A stretch of DNA of 64,000 nucleotides, taken from contig JAGLFH010000037.1 in assembly GCA_023144635.1 (NCBI GenBank), positions 26,489-90,488 on the forward strand, given 5' to 3'. The notes below the pieces were generated by a model that searched no databases, had not been told where the DNA came from, and saw only the letters and a list, made by a program, of their open reading frames with translations. The position numbers and the translations under genes were made by a program. Every line of letters starts with the position of its first letter. Within the stretch, counting starts at the first letter, position 1. Positions 37,548 to 46,683 of this stretch are shown here, one piece after another. Source of the stretch: Candidatus Auribacterota bacterium. GTDB taxonomy: Bacteria > Auribacterota > JAFGBW01 > JAFGJP01.

Positions 37548-38975
37548 ATGAAAAATTACACCGACAGACCAAAAGATGAATGCGGTATCTTCGGCATCTA
37601 TGGAAAAGAAGATGCAAGTGAACTTACTTACCTAGGTCTTTTTGCCCTTCAGCACAGGGGACAGGAAAGTGCCGGAATAATTTCAGGAAGCAAAGACGAA
37701 TTAAAAATATATAAGAACATGGGGCTTGTCGGTAAGATCTTTAAAAAGAGATTTCTTGACAGCCTTACAGGCAATTATGCTCTGGGGCACGTAAGATATT
37801 CTACAACAGGTTCATCAATGCAGAAAAATGCTCAACCTCTTCTTATTAGTTATGCAGGAGGAGAACTTGGAATATCACATAACGGAAATCTTGTAAATGC
37901 AGGAAAATTAAGAAATGAGCTTGAAGCAGAAGGCTCTATCTTTCAAACAACAGTCGACAGTGAAATTATTCTTCACTTGATCGCAAGAGATAAAGCAAAA
38001 GACTTTAAAGATAAATTAAAAAATGCACTTTCACAAATACAAGGAGCTTATTCTTTAGGGCTTATAAGAAAAGGACTCCTTATTGGTGTTCGTGATCCAA
38101 ACGGATTCAGACCTCTTTGTATTGGAAAACTCGGATATTCACACATACTTTCTTCTGAAACATGTGCGCTTGATCTTATAGGTGCTGAATTTATAAGAGA
38201 TGTTGAACCCGGAGAAATAGTGTATATCTCAGATAACGGTATTATCTCTGACAGGATACCCGGGGAAAAACAAAAAAAATCATTCTGTATCTTTGAACAT
38301 ATTTACTTTGCCCGTCCTGACAGCATAATCGATGGCAAAAGCGTACACGTTATGAGAAAAAATATGGGGAGACAACTTGCAAAAGAACATCCGGTAGAAG
38401 CAGATATGGTCATACCTGTTCCTGACTCTGGAAACTCTGCGGCCCTTGGTTATGCAGAAGAATCAGGAATTCCGTTTGAGATGGGCATAATAAGAAATCA
38501 TTATATAGGAAGAACCTTTATTCAACCTTCACAAAATGTAAGAGATTTTGCCGTTAAAATAAAACTGAATCCTGTTAAAAATATTATTAAAGGTAAACGC
38601 ATTGTTGTTATTGATGATTCTATTGTTAGAGGCACTACAAGCAGAAGCCGTGTAAGGAGCCTAAGGGAAGCAGGAGCAAAAGAAATACATATGCGAATTT
38701 CCTGTCCGCCACACCGTCATAGATGTGTATACGGAATTGATTTCCCGTCTGAAAGTGAGCTTCTGGCTGCAAATAATGACATGCAAGCTATAAAAGGATT
38801 TCTTAATGTTGATTCTATAGATTATTTAAGTCAACCGGGCCTTTTAAAAGCATTAGAAGGTGATCAAGATGAGTTTTGCTGTGCCTGTTTTGACGGAAAC
38901 TATCCTGTAAAATTTGATAAAAGTACAACAAAATTCATTCATGAAAAAGGAACATTGATCACTGAGATCCAGTAG
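37548..38975 (+). CDS. purF: amidophosphoribosyltransferase
   Basis: 475 aa; N-terminal CGIFGIYG nucleophile, PRTase loop VVIDDSIVRGTT, C-terminal Cys cluster. Confidence 0.95.
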   Translation: MKNYTDRPKDECGIFGIYGKEDASELTYLGLFALQHRGQESAGIISGSKDELKIYKNMGLVGKIFKKRFLDSLTGNYALGHVRYSTTGSSMQKNAQPLLISYAGGELGISHNGNLVNAGKLRNELEAEGSIFQTTVDSEIILHLIARDKAKDFKDKLKNALSQIQGAYSLGLIRKGLLIGVRDPNGFRPLCIGKLGYSHILSSETCALDLIGAEFIRDVEPGEIVYISDNGIISDRIPGEKQKKSFCIFEHIYFARPDSIIDGKSVHVMRKNMGRQLAKEHPVEADMVIPVPDSGNSAALGYAEESGIPFEMGIIRNHYIGRTFIQPSQNVRDFAVKIKLNPVKNIIKGKRIVVIDDSIVRGTTSRSRVRSLREAGAKEIHMRISCPPHRHRCVYGIDFPSESELLAANNDMQAIKGFLNVDSIDYLSQPGLLKALEGDQDEFCCACFDGNYPVKFDKSTTKFIHEKGTLITEIQ

Positions 38976-39040
38976 ACGCAAATATGTTAGACGCGAATTG
39001 AAAAACTAATTAACGCAAATAAAAAATAGATGGTGGTAAT

Positions 39041-40090
39041 ATGAACCAAGAAAATGAAAAGAAAAATATTTCTTACTCTGATACAGGGGTTGATATCTCG
39101 ATGGGTAAAAAATTTGTAGAAAGCATTAAAAACCATGCAAAAAAAACTTTCAATAATAATGTATTAACAAATATTGGACAGTTTGGAGGACTTTTTGATA
39201 TATCCTCACTTCCCTTTAAGGAACCTGTACTTGTTTCCAGCACTGATGGGGTCGGAACAAAAATAAAAGTCGCTGTTGCTGCAAACTTACATAAAAATAT
39301 CGGCATCGATATTGTATCTCATTGTGTAAACGACATTATGGTGCAAGGTGCACACCCGCTTTTTTTTCTTGATTATATTGGCTGTGGAAAATTATCTCAC
39401 CAGATCATGCTTCAATTAGTAGAAGGAATGAAGGATGCCTGCATTGAGTCAGGATGCGCTCTTATTGGCGGAGAGACTGCAGAAATGCCCGATGTTTATA
39501 AAGAAGGCGAATATGATCTTGTGGGAACTATTGTAGGGATCGTTGACAAAAAAAACATCATAGACGGAAGCAAAATAACTTGCGATAACGTTTTAATAGG
39601 ACTGCCTTCAAATGGTCTTCATACTAACGGATACACTCTTGCCCGTAAAATAATATTTGATATTAAAAAATTTGCCCCAAATACAAAAATAGATGAACTT
39701 GAAAATACAATAGCAATTGAGCTTTTAAAGCCTCATCGTTCATACTGCAAGGTATTAAAAGAACTTTTTGATAAAACTCAAATAAATGGTATCGCCCATA
39801 TAACCGGAGGCGGAGTTATAGAAAACATTCCTAGAATACTTCCATTAAATTGCAGTGCTGAAATAAATAAAGACACAATGCCTGTACCCCAAATATTTGA
39901 TCTTATGAAAACTTGGGGACCCGTAGATGAATCTGAGATGTACAGAGTCTTTAATATGGGTATAGGTCTTGTAATTGTTGCTGAAAAAAATGACTCGGAA
40001 GCAATACTTAAAATAGCAAAAGAATTTTACCCCGAAGCATCTGTAATTGGAAAGATAATAACTGGTAACCAAAAAACTGTTTTAAACTAG
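39041..40090 (+). CDS. purM: phosphoribosylformylglycinamidine cyclo-ligase (AIR synthase)
   Basis: 349 aa; YSDTGVDI, DGVGTK, IGLPSNGLHTNGY motifs. Confidence 0.95.
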   Translation: MNQENEKKNISYSDTGVDISMGKKFVESIKNHAKKTFNNNVLTNIGQFGGLFDISSLPFKEPVLVSSTDGVGTKIKVAVAANLHKNIGIDIVSHCVNDIMVQGAHPLFFLDYIGCGKLSHQIMLQLVEGMKDACIESGCALIGGETAEMPDVYKEGEYDLVGTIVGIVDKKNIIDGSKITCDNVLIGLPSNGLHTNGYTLARKIIFDIKKFAPNTKIDELENTIAIELLKPHRSYCKVLKELFDKTQINGIAHITGGGVIENIPRILPLNCSAEINKDTMPVPQIFDLMKTWGPVDESEMYRVFNMGIGLVIVAEKNDSEAILKIAKEFYPEASVIGKIITGNQKTVLN

Positions 40091-40116
40091 AGAATATTTA
40101 ACCAAAGAGGAAGTTC

Positions 40117-41691
40117 ATGGCAGAGATCAAAAGAGCACTTGTCAGTGTATCTGACAAAACAGGAGTTGTTGATTTTACACGTTTTCTAACAGAAAAAGGC
40201 ATAGAACTTATTTCTACCGGAGGAACATATAAATTGCTTAAATCCGAAGGCCTTAAAGTCACGGAAATAAGCGAGTATACAGGTTTTCCAGAAATGATGG
40301 ACGGCAGAGTAAAAACGCTTCATCCTAAAGTACATGGCGGATTACTTGCATTAAGGAATAACGATAAACACCTTACCCAGATGAAAGACAATAATATTCT
40401 TCCTATTGATATGGTAGTAGTCAACCTGTATCCTTTTAAAAAGGTTTCAAAAGACACAAGTAAATCTTTTATGGAAGTTATTGAAAACATAGATATCGGC
40501 GGACCTTCTATGCTTAGAAGCGGTGCAAAGAATTTTGAAAGTGTTGTTCTGGTATCTTCCCCATCCCAATATGAAAATATACAAAATGAAATGGAAACTA
40601 ATGGGGATGTATCCCTTGATACACGTAAAAAACTGGCACGAGATGTTTTTAGGCTGACTTCATCATATGATGCTGCTATCAATTCTTTTCTCTCCCGAGA
40701 TATGGAAGATGAAAGTATGCCGGATGAAATAGTTCTTTCAGGAGACAAGATCCAAGACCTCCGCTACGGTGAAAATCCACACCAAAAAGCAGCATATTAT
40801 TCTGACGGATCAAAATGGACCAGTGAACAACCAATAACGAATGCTAAACAGCTTCATGGAAAAGAACTTTCTTTTAATAACATAATAGATTTTGACGGAG
40901 CTCTTGACCTAGTTAAGGAATTCTCCAAACCTGCTGTTGTTGTTGTCAAACATACAAACCCTTGCGGATGTGCTGAAGGTGAGGAAGAGTTATCAGAAGT
41001 ATTTAAAAAAGCCTGGGCAACAGACCCTACATCAGCTTTTGGAAGCGTTATAGCAATAAACACTACAGTAGATGAAAAAACTTCCCAAGAAATATCTAAC
41101 TATTTTGTAGAAGGTGTAATTGCACCTGCTTTCCACGAAAAAGCAATTGAAATACTTACAAAGAAAAAAAACTTACGTCTTCTTACGCTTCCCGGACTTG
41201 ATGAGTGGTGCAAAAACAAAAAGAAGCGCGCTGCTTCAATAGATGTTAAAAAAGTAAGCGGCGGAATACTTGTGCAGGAAAGAAATATTTCTATAGGAGA
41301 TGCAGAAAATTATGAAGTTGCTACAAAAAGAGCTCCTACAGATGAAGAGAAGGAAGCACTTGAATTTGGATGGAAGGTTGTAAAACACGTAAAATCAAAT
41401 GCAATCGTATATGTAAAAAAAGGTGAAACTGTAGGTATTGGCGCAGGACAGATGAGCCGTGTTGATTCTTCAAAAATCGCAATAATGAAAGCACAAAAAG
41501 AAGTTAAAGGTTCTGTTCTTGCATCTGATGCTTTTTTTCCATTTAGAGACGGAGTAGATGCTGCAGCAGAAGCTGGAGTAACTGCAATAATACAACCCGG
41601 TGGATCAATAAGAGATGAAGAAGTAATAAAGGCTTGCGATGAACATAACATAGCTATGGTCTTTACAAAAATGCGTCACTTTAGACACTAG
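40117..41691 (+). CDS. purH: bifunctional AICAR transformylase / IMP cyclohydrolase
   Basis: 524 aa; ALVSVSDKTG MGS-like N-terminus, KTLHPKVHGG, C-terminal SDAFFPFRD. Confidence 0.95.
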   Translation: MAEIKRALVSVSDKTGVVDFTRFLTEKGIELISTGGTYKLLKSEGLKVTEISEYTGFPEMMDGRVKTLHPKVHGGLLALRNNDKHLTQMKDNNILPIDMVVVNLYPFKKVSKDTSKSFMEVIENIDIGGPSMLRSGAKNFESVVLVSSPSQYENIQNEMETNGDVSLDTRKKLARDVFRLTSSYDAAINSFLSRDMEDESMPDEIVLSGDKIQDLRYGENPHQKAAYYSDGSKWTSEQPITNAKQLHGKELSFNNIIDFDGALDLVKEFSKPAVVVVKHTNPCGCAEGEEELSEVFKKAWATDPTSAFGSVIAINTTVDEKTSQEISNYFVEGVIAPAFHEKAIEILTKKKNLRLLTLPGLDEWCKNKKKRAASIDVKKVSGGILVQERNISIGDAENYEVATKRAPTDEEKEALEFGWKVVKHVKSNAIVYVKKGETVGIGAGQMSRVDSSKIAIMKAQKEVKGSVLASDAFFPFRDGVDAAAEAGVTAIIQPGGSIRDEEVIKACDEHNIAMVFTKMRHFRH

Positions 41692-41732
41692 AAGAAGCAG
41701 AAGCTATTTAGACACGAAGAAAAAAAGATATA

Positions 41733-41795
41733 AAAGGTAGTCCTCCACAAAGCGCTGGCGGATCTGCGATAGGGGCGATTCATGAATCGCCCAAT
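41733..41795 (-). repeat. intergenic repeat module (same family, inverted) with perfect 20-nt palindrome gggcgattcatgaatcgccc
   Basis: Plus strand aaaaggtagtcctccacaaagcgctggcggatctgcgataggggcgattcatgaatcgccc; lies between purH and purD. Confidence 0.6.
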
Positions 41796-41818
41796 AAAAA
41801 AAATAAAAGGAAAATATC

Positions 41819-43084
41819 ATGAAAGTACTTATCATCGGTAGCGGAGGACGAGAATCTACTCTTGCTTGGAAAATTTCACAAAGTGATAAGGTGAAAAAAA
41901 TATTTATGGCTCCCGGAAATGCCGGTAATGATCACATAGCGGAAAGGGTAAACATAGGCGCAACTAATATTGAAAAACTTAAAGAATTTGCAAAAGAACA
42001 AAAAATAGATATTACTATTGTTGGACCTGAAGCCCCACTTGTACTAGGAATAACTGATGTTTTTGAAAAAGAAGGTTTACCAGTTTTCGGACCATCACAA
42101 AAAGCAGCTCAGCTTGAAGGAAGCAAAGCCTTTTCTAAAAAAATACTTCTCGATAACGGAATACCTACAGCAGATGGTGCAATATTTGATAATTATGAAA
42201 ATGCTCTTGCCCATATTCATACAATTAGAAGGCCTGTAGTTATAAAAGCTGACGGCCTTGCAGCAGGAAAGGGAGTTATTCTGGCTGATACGGAAAGAGA
42301 AGCTATTGAGGCTCTCAAAAGAATAATGGAACAAAAAGAATTTGGTGATGCAGGAAACACCGTAATCATTGAAGAACAACTTAAAGGTTATGAAGTATCT
42401 ATTCTTGCTATCTGCTCAGGAACTGACTTTAAACTTCTTGTACCTTCTCAAGATCACAAACCAATTTTTGATGGAAATAAAGGCCCGAATACAGGCGGCA
42501 TGGGAGCTTATTCTCCGGTTTCAATGTTTCCCGATGAAGATATGGAAGATGTGATAAAAATAATTAAAAAAACTCTTACATCATTAAAAACACAAGGAAT
42601 CACATATAAAGGAATTCTTTACGTAGGATTAATGATAACTGAAACGGGTCCTAAAGTGCTTGAGTTTAATGTAAGGTTCGGAGACCCTGAAACACAGGCA
42701 GTATTACCACGCATGACATCAGACCTTATTGACCCTATTGAAGCTGTGGCAAAAGGAGAAGGACTTAAGGATGTTCATATAGAATGGACAGATAAAGCTT
42801 GCGTTGCAGTTGTTGCTGCATCAGCAGGATATCCAGGATCATATAAAAAAGGATATACAATAAACGGAATAGATGAAGCAAGAAAGGATGATGATTGCTT
42901 TTGCTTCACTGCCGGATGTGAAAAGCTTGATAATGATATAGTCACATCAGGAGGCAGAGTTCTTGCCGTATCTTCACTTGGAGCTAATTTTGATATTGCT
43001 AGAGAAAAAGCATATAATGCTCTCACAAAAATTAAGTTTACTGATATTTATTATAGAAAAGATATCGGTATTGTTTATAAGTAA
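41819..43084 (+). CDS. purD: phosphoribosylamine-glycine ligase
   Basis: 421 aa; MKVLIIGSGGRE, ATP-grasp motifs, GPNTGGMGAYSP. Confidence 0.95.
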   Translation: MKVLIIGSGGRESTLAWKISQSDKVKKIFMAPGNAGNDHIAERVNIGATNIEKLKEFAKEQKIDITIVGPEAPLVLGITDVFEKEGLPVFGPSQKAAQLEGSKAFSKKILLDNGIPTADGAIFDNYENALAHIHTIRRPVVIKADGLAAGKGVILADTEREAIEALKRIMEQKEFGDAGNTVIIEEQLKGYEVSILAICSGTDFKLLVPSQDHKPIFDGNKGPNTGGMGAYSPVSMFPDEDMEDVIKIIKKTLTSLKTQGITYKGILYVGLMITETGPKVLEFNVRFGDPETQAVLPRMTSDLIDPIEAVAKGEGLKDVHIEWTDKACVAVVAASAGYPGSYKKGYTINGIDEARKDDDCFCFTAGCEKLDNDIVTSGGRVLAVSSLGANFDIAREKAYNALTKIKFTDIYYRKDIGIVYK

Positions 43085-43154
43085 GATAAAAAAAGCAAGA
43101 AAGTCGTGAGTCAAAAGTCCATAGTCAATGGTTAGAGGATAAAAGGTAAAATAT

Positions 43155-43190
43155 ATGTAGGGTTCTGGCCTGCCTGAACCGTGTAAGATA
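43155..43190 (-). repeat. REP-like hairpin unit (inverted orientation)
   Basis: atGTAGGGTTCtggcctgcctGAACCgtgtaag. Confidence 0.6.
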
Positions 43191-43200
43191 GTGAAAAAGT

Positions 43201-43235
43201 AAGTAGGGGCGCTGCTTGACTGCGCCCGTGTAAAA
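43201..43235 (-). repeat. REP-like hairpin unit (inverted orientation)
   Basis: aaGTAGGGGCGCtgcttgactGCGCCCgtgtaaaa; same GGGCGC/GCGCCC stem as 25785-25805 in opposite orientation. Confidence 0.65.
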
Positions 43236-43280
43236 ATAGCTGCCTGAACCGTTGTTAAACTGTAAAAATAAATTTATCTA

Positions 43281-43316
43281 GATCCCGCGATCAAGTCGCG
43301 GGATGACAACGTTTTA
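43281..43316 (+). repeat. hairpin repeat module (GATCCCGCGA...TCGCGGGATGACAACGTTTT)
   Basis: 9-bp stem; upstream of purE. Confidence 0.55.
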
Positions 43317-43427
43317 TTTTTTGTTCTTTTACTATATTGTGCTGTAAAGCACACCAATAACTTTAAGTACTTTAAACTTTAGTGCACTTTAGGCACTTTT
43401 ATATGTTTGAAAAAAGGAGGATTTAAT

Positions 43428-43934
43428 ATGGCTACACCTATCGTTTCTATAATAATGGGAAGTAAAAGTGATTTTAATACTATGAAAAAAGCAGCTGATG
43501 TCCTTGATTCTTTTGATCTTGGTTATGAAATGGAAATAATGTCAGCTCACAGAACTCCTGAAAAAGTAGCTGAATATGCAAAAACAGCTGCAAAAAGAGG
43601 ATTAAAAATAATTATATGCGGTGCAGGTATGTCAGCTCATCTTGCAGGTGTAGTTGCTGCTCATACAGATCTACCTGTAATAGGAATTCCTTTAAGCTCA
43701 GCACAGGGACTTGGTGGTATGGATGCTCTTTTATCTACTGCTCAGATGCCTAAAGGTGTACCTGTTGCTGCAGTAGCAATAAATGGTTCAGTAAATGCCG
43801 CCCTTCTGGCAATAAAAATACTTGCTCTTTCAGATAATACACTGACTGATAAGTTCAAAGCATATAAAGAAAACATGCGAAAAGAAATAGAAGAAGCATC
43901 ACAAAAGATGAAAAAGGGAGAATCTCCTTTGTGA
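43428..43934 (+). CDS. purE: N5-carboxyaminoimidazole ribonucleotide mutase
   Basis: ORF track uses TTG at 43407; ATG at 43428 follows AGGAGG with 7-nt spacer and gives MATPIVSIIMGSKSD...SAHRTP...GAGMSAHLAG (PurE signatures). Confidence 0.9.
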   Translation: MATPIVSIIMGSKSDFNTMKKAADVLDSFDLGYEMEIMSAHRTPEKVAEYAKTAAKRGLKIIICGAGMSAHLAGVVAAHTDLPVIGIPLSSAQGLGGMDALLSTAQMPKGVPVAAVAINGSVNAALLAIKILALSDNTLTDKFKAYKENMRKEIEEASQKMKKGESPL

Positions 43935-44539
43935 AAGTTTTTTATCTTGATGCTAAAAACCCAGATTTAGCCACAATTGACAAAGCTGCTAAAATTGTAA
44001 GGGAAGGTGGACTTGTAGCTTTTCCAACTGAAACTGTCTACGGAATTGCAGTATCTGCCAAAAAACCTGAAACCATACAAAAGTTATACGAGCTTAAAAA
44101 GCGTGCTGTTGATAAACCTTATTCTTATCACTTTGGTTCACTGGAACAATTTTTTTTATTTTCAGGCAATATAAACGACAAATTAAAAAGTTTTTTCAAT
44201 CATTTTTGTCCCGGACCAATAACAGTTGTCTATTATGATGATATAAAGAAGAAAAAACTCGGTATAAGGATACCTAACCATAAAACCGCCAGTCTTTTTC
44301 TTGAAAAATGCGATTGTCCTGTTTTTGCTCCAAGCGCAAATCCATCATCAAAAAAAAGCCCAACGACTTCACAGGAAGTAATATCCTATTTTGAGAATAA
44401 AATAGATGCTGTGCTAGATGCAGGTCCTTGTGACTTTGGAAAAGATTCTACTGTTGTTGAAACAGATGGAAATAAATATAAAATACTACGTCACGGAGCT
44501 GTTACCGAGGCTAAAATAAAAGAATTCCTTGATTCTTAA
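43931..44539 (+). CDS. tsaC: L-threonylcarbamoyladenylate synthase (YrdC/Sua5 family)
   Basis: 202 aa; GTG start overlapping purE stop; VAFPTETVYGIA YrdC motif. Confidence 0.8.
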   Translation: MKVFYLDAKNPDLATIDKAAKIVREGGLVAFPTETVYGIAVSAKKPETIQKLYELKKRAVDKPYSYHFGSLEQFFLFSGNINDKLKSFFNHFCPGPITVVYYDDIKKKKLGIRIPNHKTASLFLEKCDCPVFAPSANPSSKKSPTTSQEVISYFENKIDAVLDAGPCDFGKDSTVVETDGNKYKILRHGAVTEAKIKEFLDS

Positions 44540-44584
44540 AAAAAGGTTCATCTCTAAAGCTATAACTTAATTATTACCTTATTT

Positions 44585-44911
44585 TTACTTCAAACGGGCA
44601 ATCTTAATAGTTGTCTGGGTACCATTCCCCCAAGGCCAAAACATTGCTATAACCGTACCCTCATCAAGAGATTTCGAATATAAGGTCTGGTTTCTTGAAA
44701 CACCACCGAAATCATCAGTTAATTTAAGAACCTCTTTACTGGGTGAAGTTCCTGCAGGTTTTGCAGCATCACCAAGAAGTGAAGCACATGCTTCGTGCCA
44801 CTTGTCTATTTCAGTATTTGCAACAACTACTTCTATATATTCATCAGAATTAGCTCTTTCTTCATGTATTTTTAACCCACTGCACTTTTCAAGGATCTCT
44901 TTAATATTCAC
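44585..44911 (-). CDS. hypothetical protein (108 aa)
   Basis: Well-spaced ORF between tsaC and cspA; no recognisable motif. Confidence 0.45.
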   Translation of the reverse strand: MNIKEILEKCSGLKIHEERANSDEYIEVVVANTEIDKWHEACASLLGDAAKPAGTSPSKEVLKLTDDFGGVSRNQTLYSKSLDEGTVIAMFWPWGNGTQTTIKIARLK

Positions 44912-44990
44912 ATTAAGTCTCTCTTATTGAAGTTTTATGTTTTAGATAAATCACTATTTGAAAAAAAGTATAAACAAGTTTGTTTACTAA

Positions 44991-45019
44991 AAAAGCCCGA
45001 CTAATTAGCCGGGCTTTTT
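44991..45019. terminator. bidirectional intrinsic terminator downstream of cspA
   Basis: aaaaagcccgactaattagccgggcttttt: GC stem flanked by an A-run and a T-run. Confidence 0.6.
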
Positions 45020-45032
45020 ATTTATTTTTTGC

Positions 45033-45233
45033 TTATAATTTTACTACGTTTTTGGCTTGTTCTCCTTTGGGGCCCTCTTCAACATCAAATTCAACATCCT
45101 GACCCTCTTCCAAAGATTTATAGTCATCACCCTGAACAGCAGAAAAATGTACGAATACATCGTTTCCTTCTTCAGGAGTAATAAATCCATAACCCTTTTT
45201 GTTGTTGAACCATTTTACCTTACCCTTTGCCAT
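45033..45233 (-). CDS. cspA: cold-shock protein (CspA family)
   Basis: ORF track starts at 45263; ATG at 45233 follows AGGAGG (8-nt spacer) and gives [18 protein letters not shown]...DVFVHFSA (RNP1/RNP2 motifs); bidirectional terminator hairpin at 44991-45019. Confidence 0.9.
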   Translation of the reverse strand: MAKGKVKWFNNKKGYGFITPEEGNDVFVHFSAVQGDDYKSLEEGQDVEFDVEEGPKGEQAKNVVKL

Positions 45234-45371
45234 TACAACTACCTCCTTTTTACTATTTACCACACAGAGTATAAGAATAAAAAAGCGGTATATAATCTTT
45301 ACTCTATTTAATACTAATAATATAGTGCAAAATATTTATGCTTTTTGTCAATAAAATAAATCAAGAAAACA

Positions 45372-46214
45372 TTATTCTAAAAAAACTTTTACCTGTGATC
45401 CTCTACCGTGAGCAAATGAAAAAACAACATCACTTGCACCTTGAGGAATTGGTACATTAAAAATATTTTTTCCCTGAGATAAACGTCCATTCTGAGCATA
45501 GGGATGCCATGCGCCATTATAATAAACTTTAATCGTATTTATTATTATTGCATGCTTTTCAGTAATATTGACATCTACAATTATCTTTGAAAAACTTCTG
45601 CCACCCGTATAAGCACTTACATTATACTTTCCAACTTTTTTATCATAATTAGCCTTAGTAAAAGAAGCGATCAAAACCTGCGAACTATGTTTTTTTACAA
45701 TAGGATTGTGACTTGATTTCTGACGTGTACAACCGGGACAACTGCTATTATTTGAACCATACCATCTTTTGCAATGAGTACAACGTATACTGGGGTTTGA
45801 AGAATGAGAAAGACTTACATCAAAACCTTGTCTGCAATGCGGGCAATTAACAAAAAATTGATCAGTGTTCAGTTTTCTTCCGCAATTAACACAAAAAGAA
45901 CTATTAGACTTATTACGCGCTCCACAATTCTGGCAAAGAGCAATCGTATTACTTGTGTTTAAACCAAAATTTCTGTGACAATGCGGACAATATACATTTT
46001 GAGAATATGATGAATTTGTTGATGATGTTAGTTTTGCACCACACCCCGCACAATAATTAGCATTAGATTTATTCTGGTAACGGCAGCTCGGGCATTCATA
46101 ACCCGATCGGTTACTTTGTGATCCTTGATTAAATATATCCAGCCATGAATTGTCTGCAACAACAACAGGCACTATTAAAAAACAAATTAATAAAGTAAAA
46201 ATTATTTTTTTCAT
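45372..46214 (-). CDS. secreted protein with four to five tandem zinc-ribbon (CxxC...CxxC) modules and C-terminal beta-rich domain
   Basis: ORF track starts at 46295 inside a repeat region; ATG at 46214 follows GGAAGGA SD and gives signal peptide MKKIIFTLLICFLIVPVVVA; repeated CPSCRY...CAGCG, CPHCHR...CQNCG, CVNCG, CPHCRQ...CTHCKR...CPGC. Confidence 0.55.
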   Translation of the reverse strand: MKKIIFTLLICFLIVPVVVADNSWLDIFNQGSQSNRSGYECPSCRYQNKSNANYCAGCGAKLTSSTNSSYSQNVYCPHCHRNFGLNTSNTIALCQNCGARNKSNSSFCVNCGRKLNTDQFFVNCPHCRQGFDVSLSHSSNPSIRCTHCKRWYGSNNSSCPGCTRQKSSHNPIVKKHSSQVLIASFTKANYDKKVGKYNVSAYTGGRSFSKIIVDVNITEKHAIIINTIKVYYNGAWHPYAQNGRLSQGKNIFNVPIPQGASDVVFSFAHGRGSQVKVFLE

Positions 46215-46275
46215 ATCAAATCCTTCCTTCGGGGTTTGCCGCGTCGCATCTCCTCGCAATGACAACATTTTACGT

Positions 46276-46312
46276 TTTATAGCGGGAGGAGGCAAGCACC
46301 TCCCCTACATAC
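46276..46312 (+). repeat. REP-like hairpin unit
   Basis: tagcGGGAGGaggcaagcaCCTCCCctacatac. Confidence 0.55.
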
Positions 46313-46360
46313 ATTTATTTTTTCTCTTTTCTATTCGCCGTTAATTCGTGGTTCCTTATT

Positions 46361-46395
46361 TTTTACACGGTACGGGCAAGCCCGCACCCTACTCA
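46361..46395 (+). repeat. REP-like hairpin unit
   Basis: ttttacacGGTACGGGCaaGCCCGCACCctactcac. Confidence 0.6.
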
Positions 46396-46502
46396 CATTT
46401 TACTTTCATCATGAACCCTATGTGGTTCATGCCCCTTTTGTGTCCTTCCCTTTGATTTACTTTATTCACTCAGGACAGGATGGCGGTGAATTTTATAATA
46501 AT

Positions 46503-46557
46503 CGCACGAAGTGCTCCTTGAACCAATTAACTTTTTAACCAGCTAACTAATTAACTG
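46503..46557 (-). repeat. intergenic repeat module (CAGTTAATTGGTT... family, inverted)
   Basis: Reverse complement reads cagttaattagttagctggttaaaaagttaattggttcaaggagcacttcgtgcg. Confidence 0.6.
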
Positions 46558-46683
46558 TTTCCATCTATGTCCGTGCTGAATTTTCATTCTTTTTAAACTT
46601 CTTATACATAGATATAGACGATCAAAACACATAAATATTTCATAAAACAACAGAAATTCGCTGGCAAGGTCAAAGATTAAGAA

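Noticed and set aside
45234-46295. N-terminal extensions in the ORF track for cspA (45263), the zinc-ribbon protein (46295), STK (22137), purE (43407), the 28598 gene (29368), the 59953 gene (60189) and the receiver gene (1838)
   Set aside because: In each case an internal ATG with a strong AGGAGG-type SD at 5-8 nt spacing gives a canonical N-terminus (signal peptide or conserved family start); the extensions run into repeat DNA.
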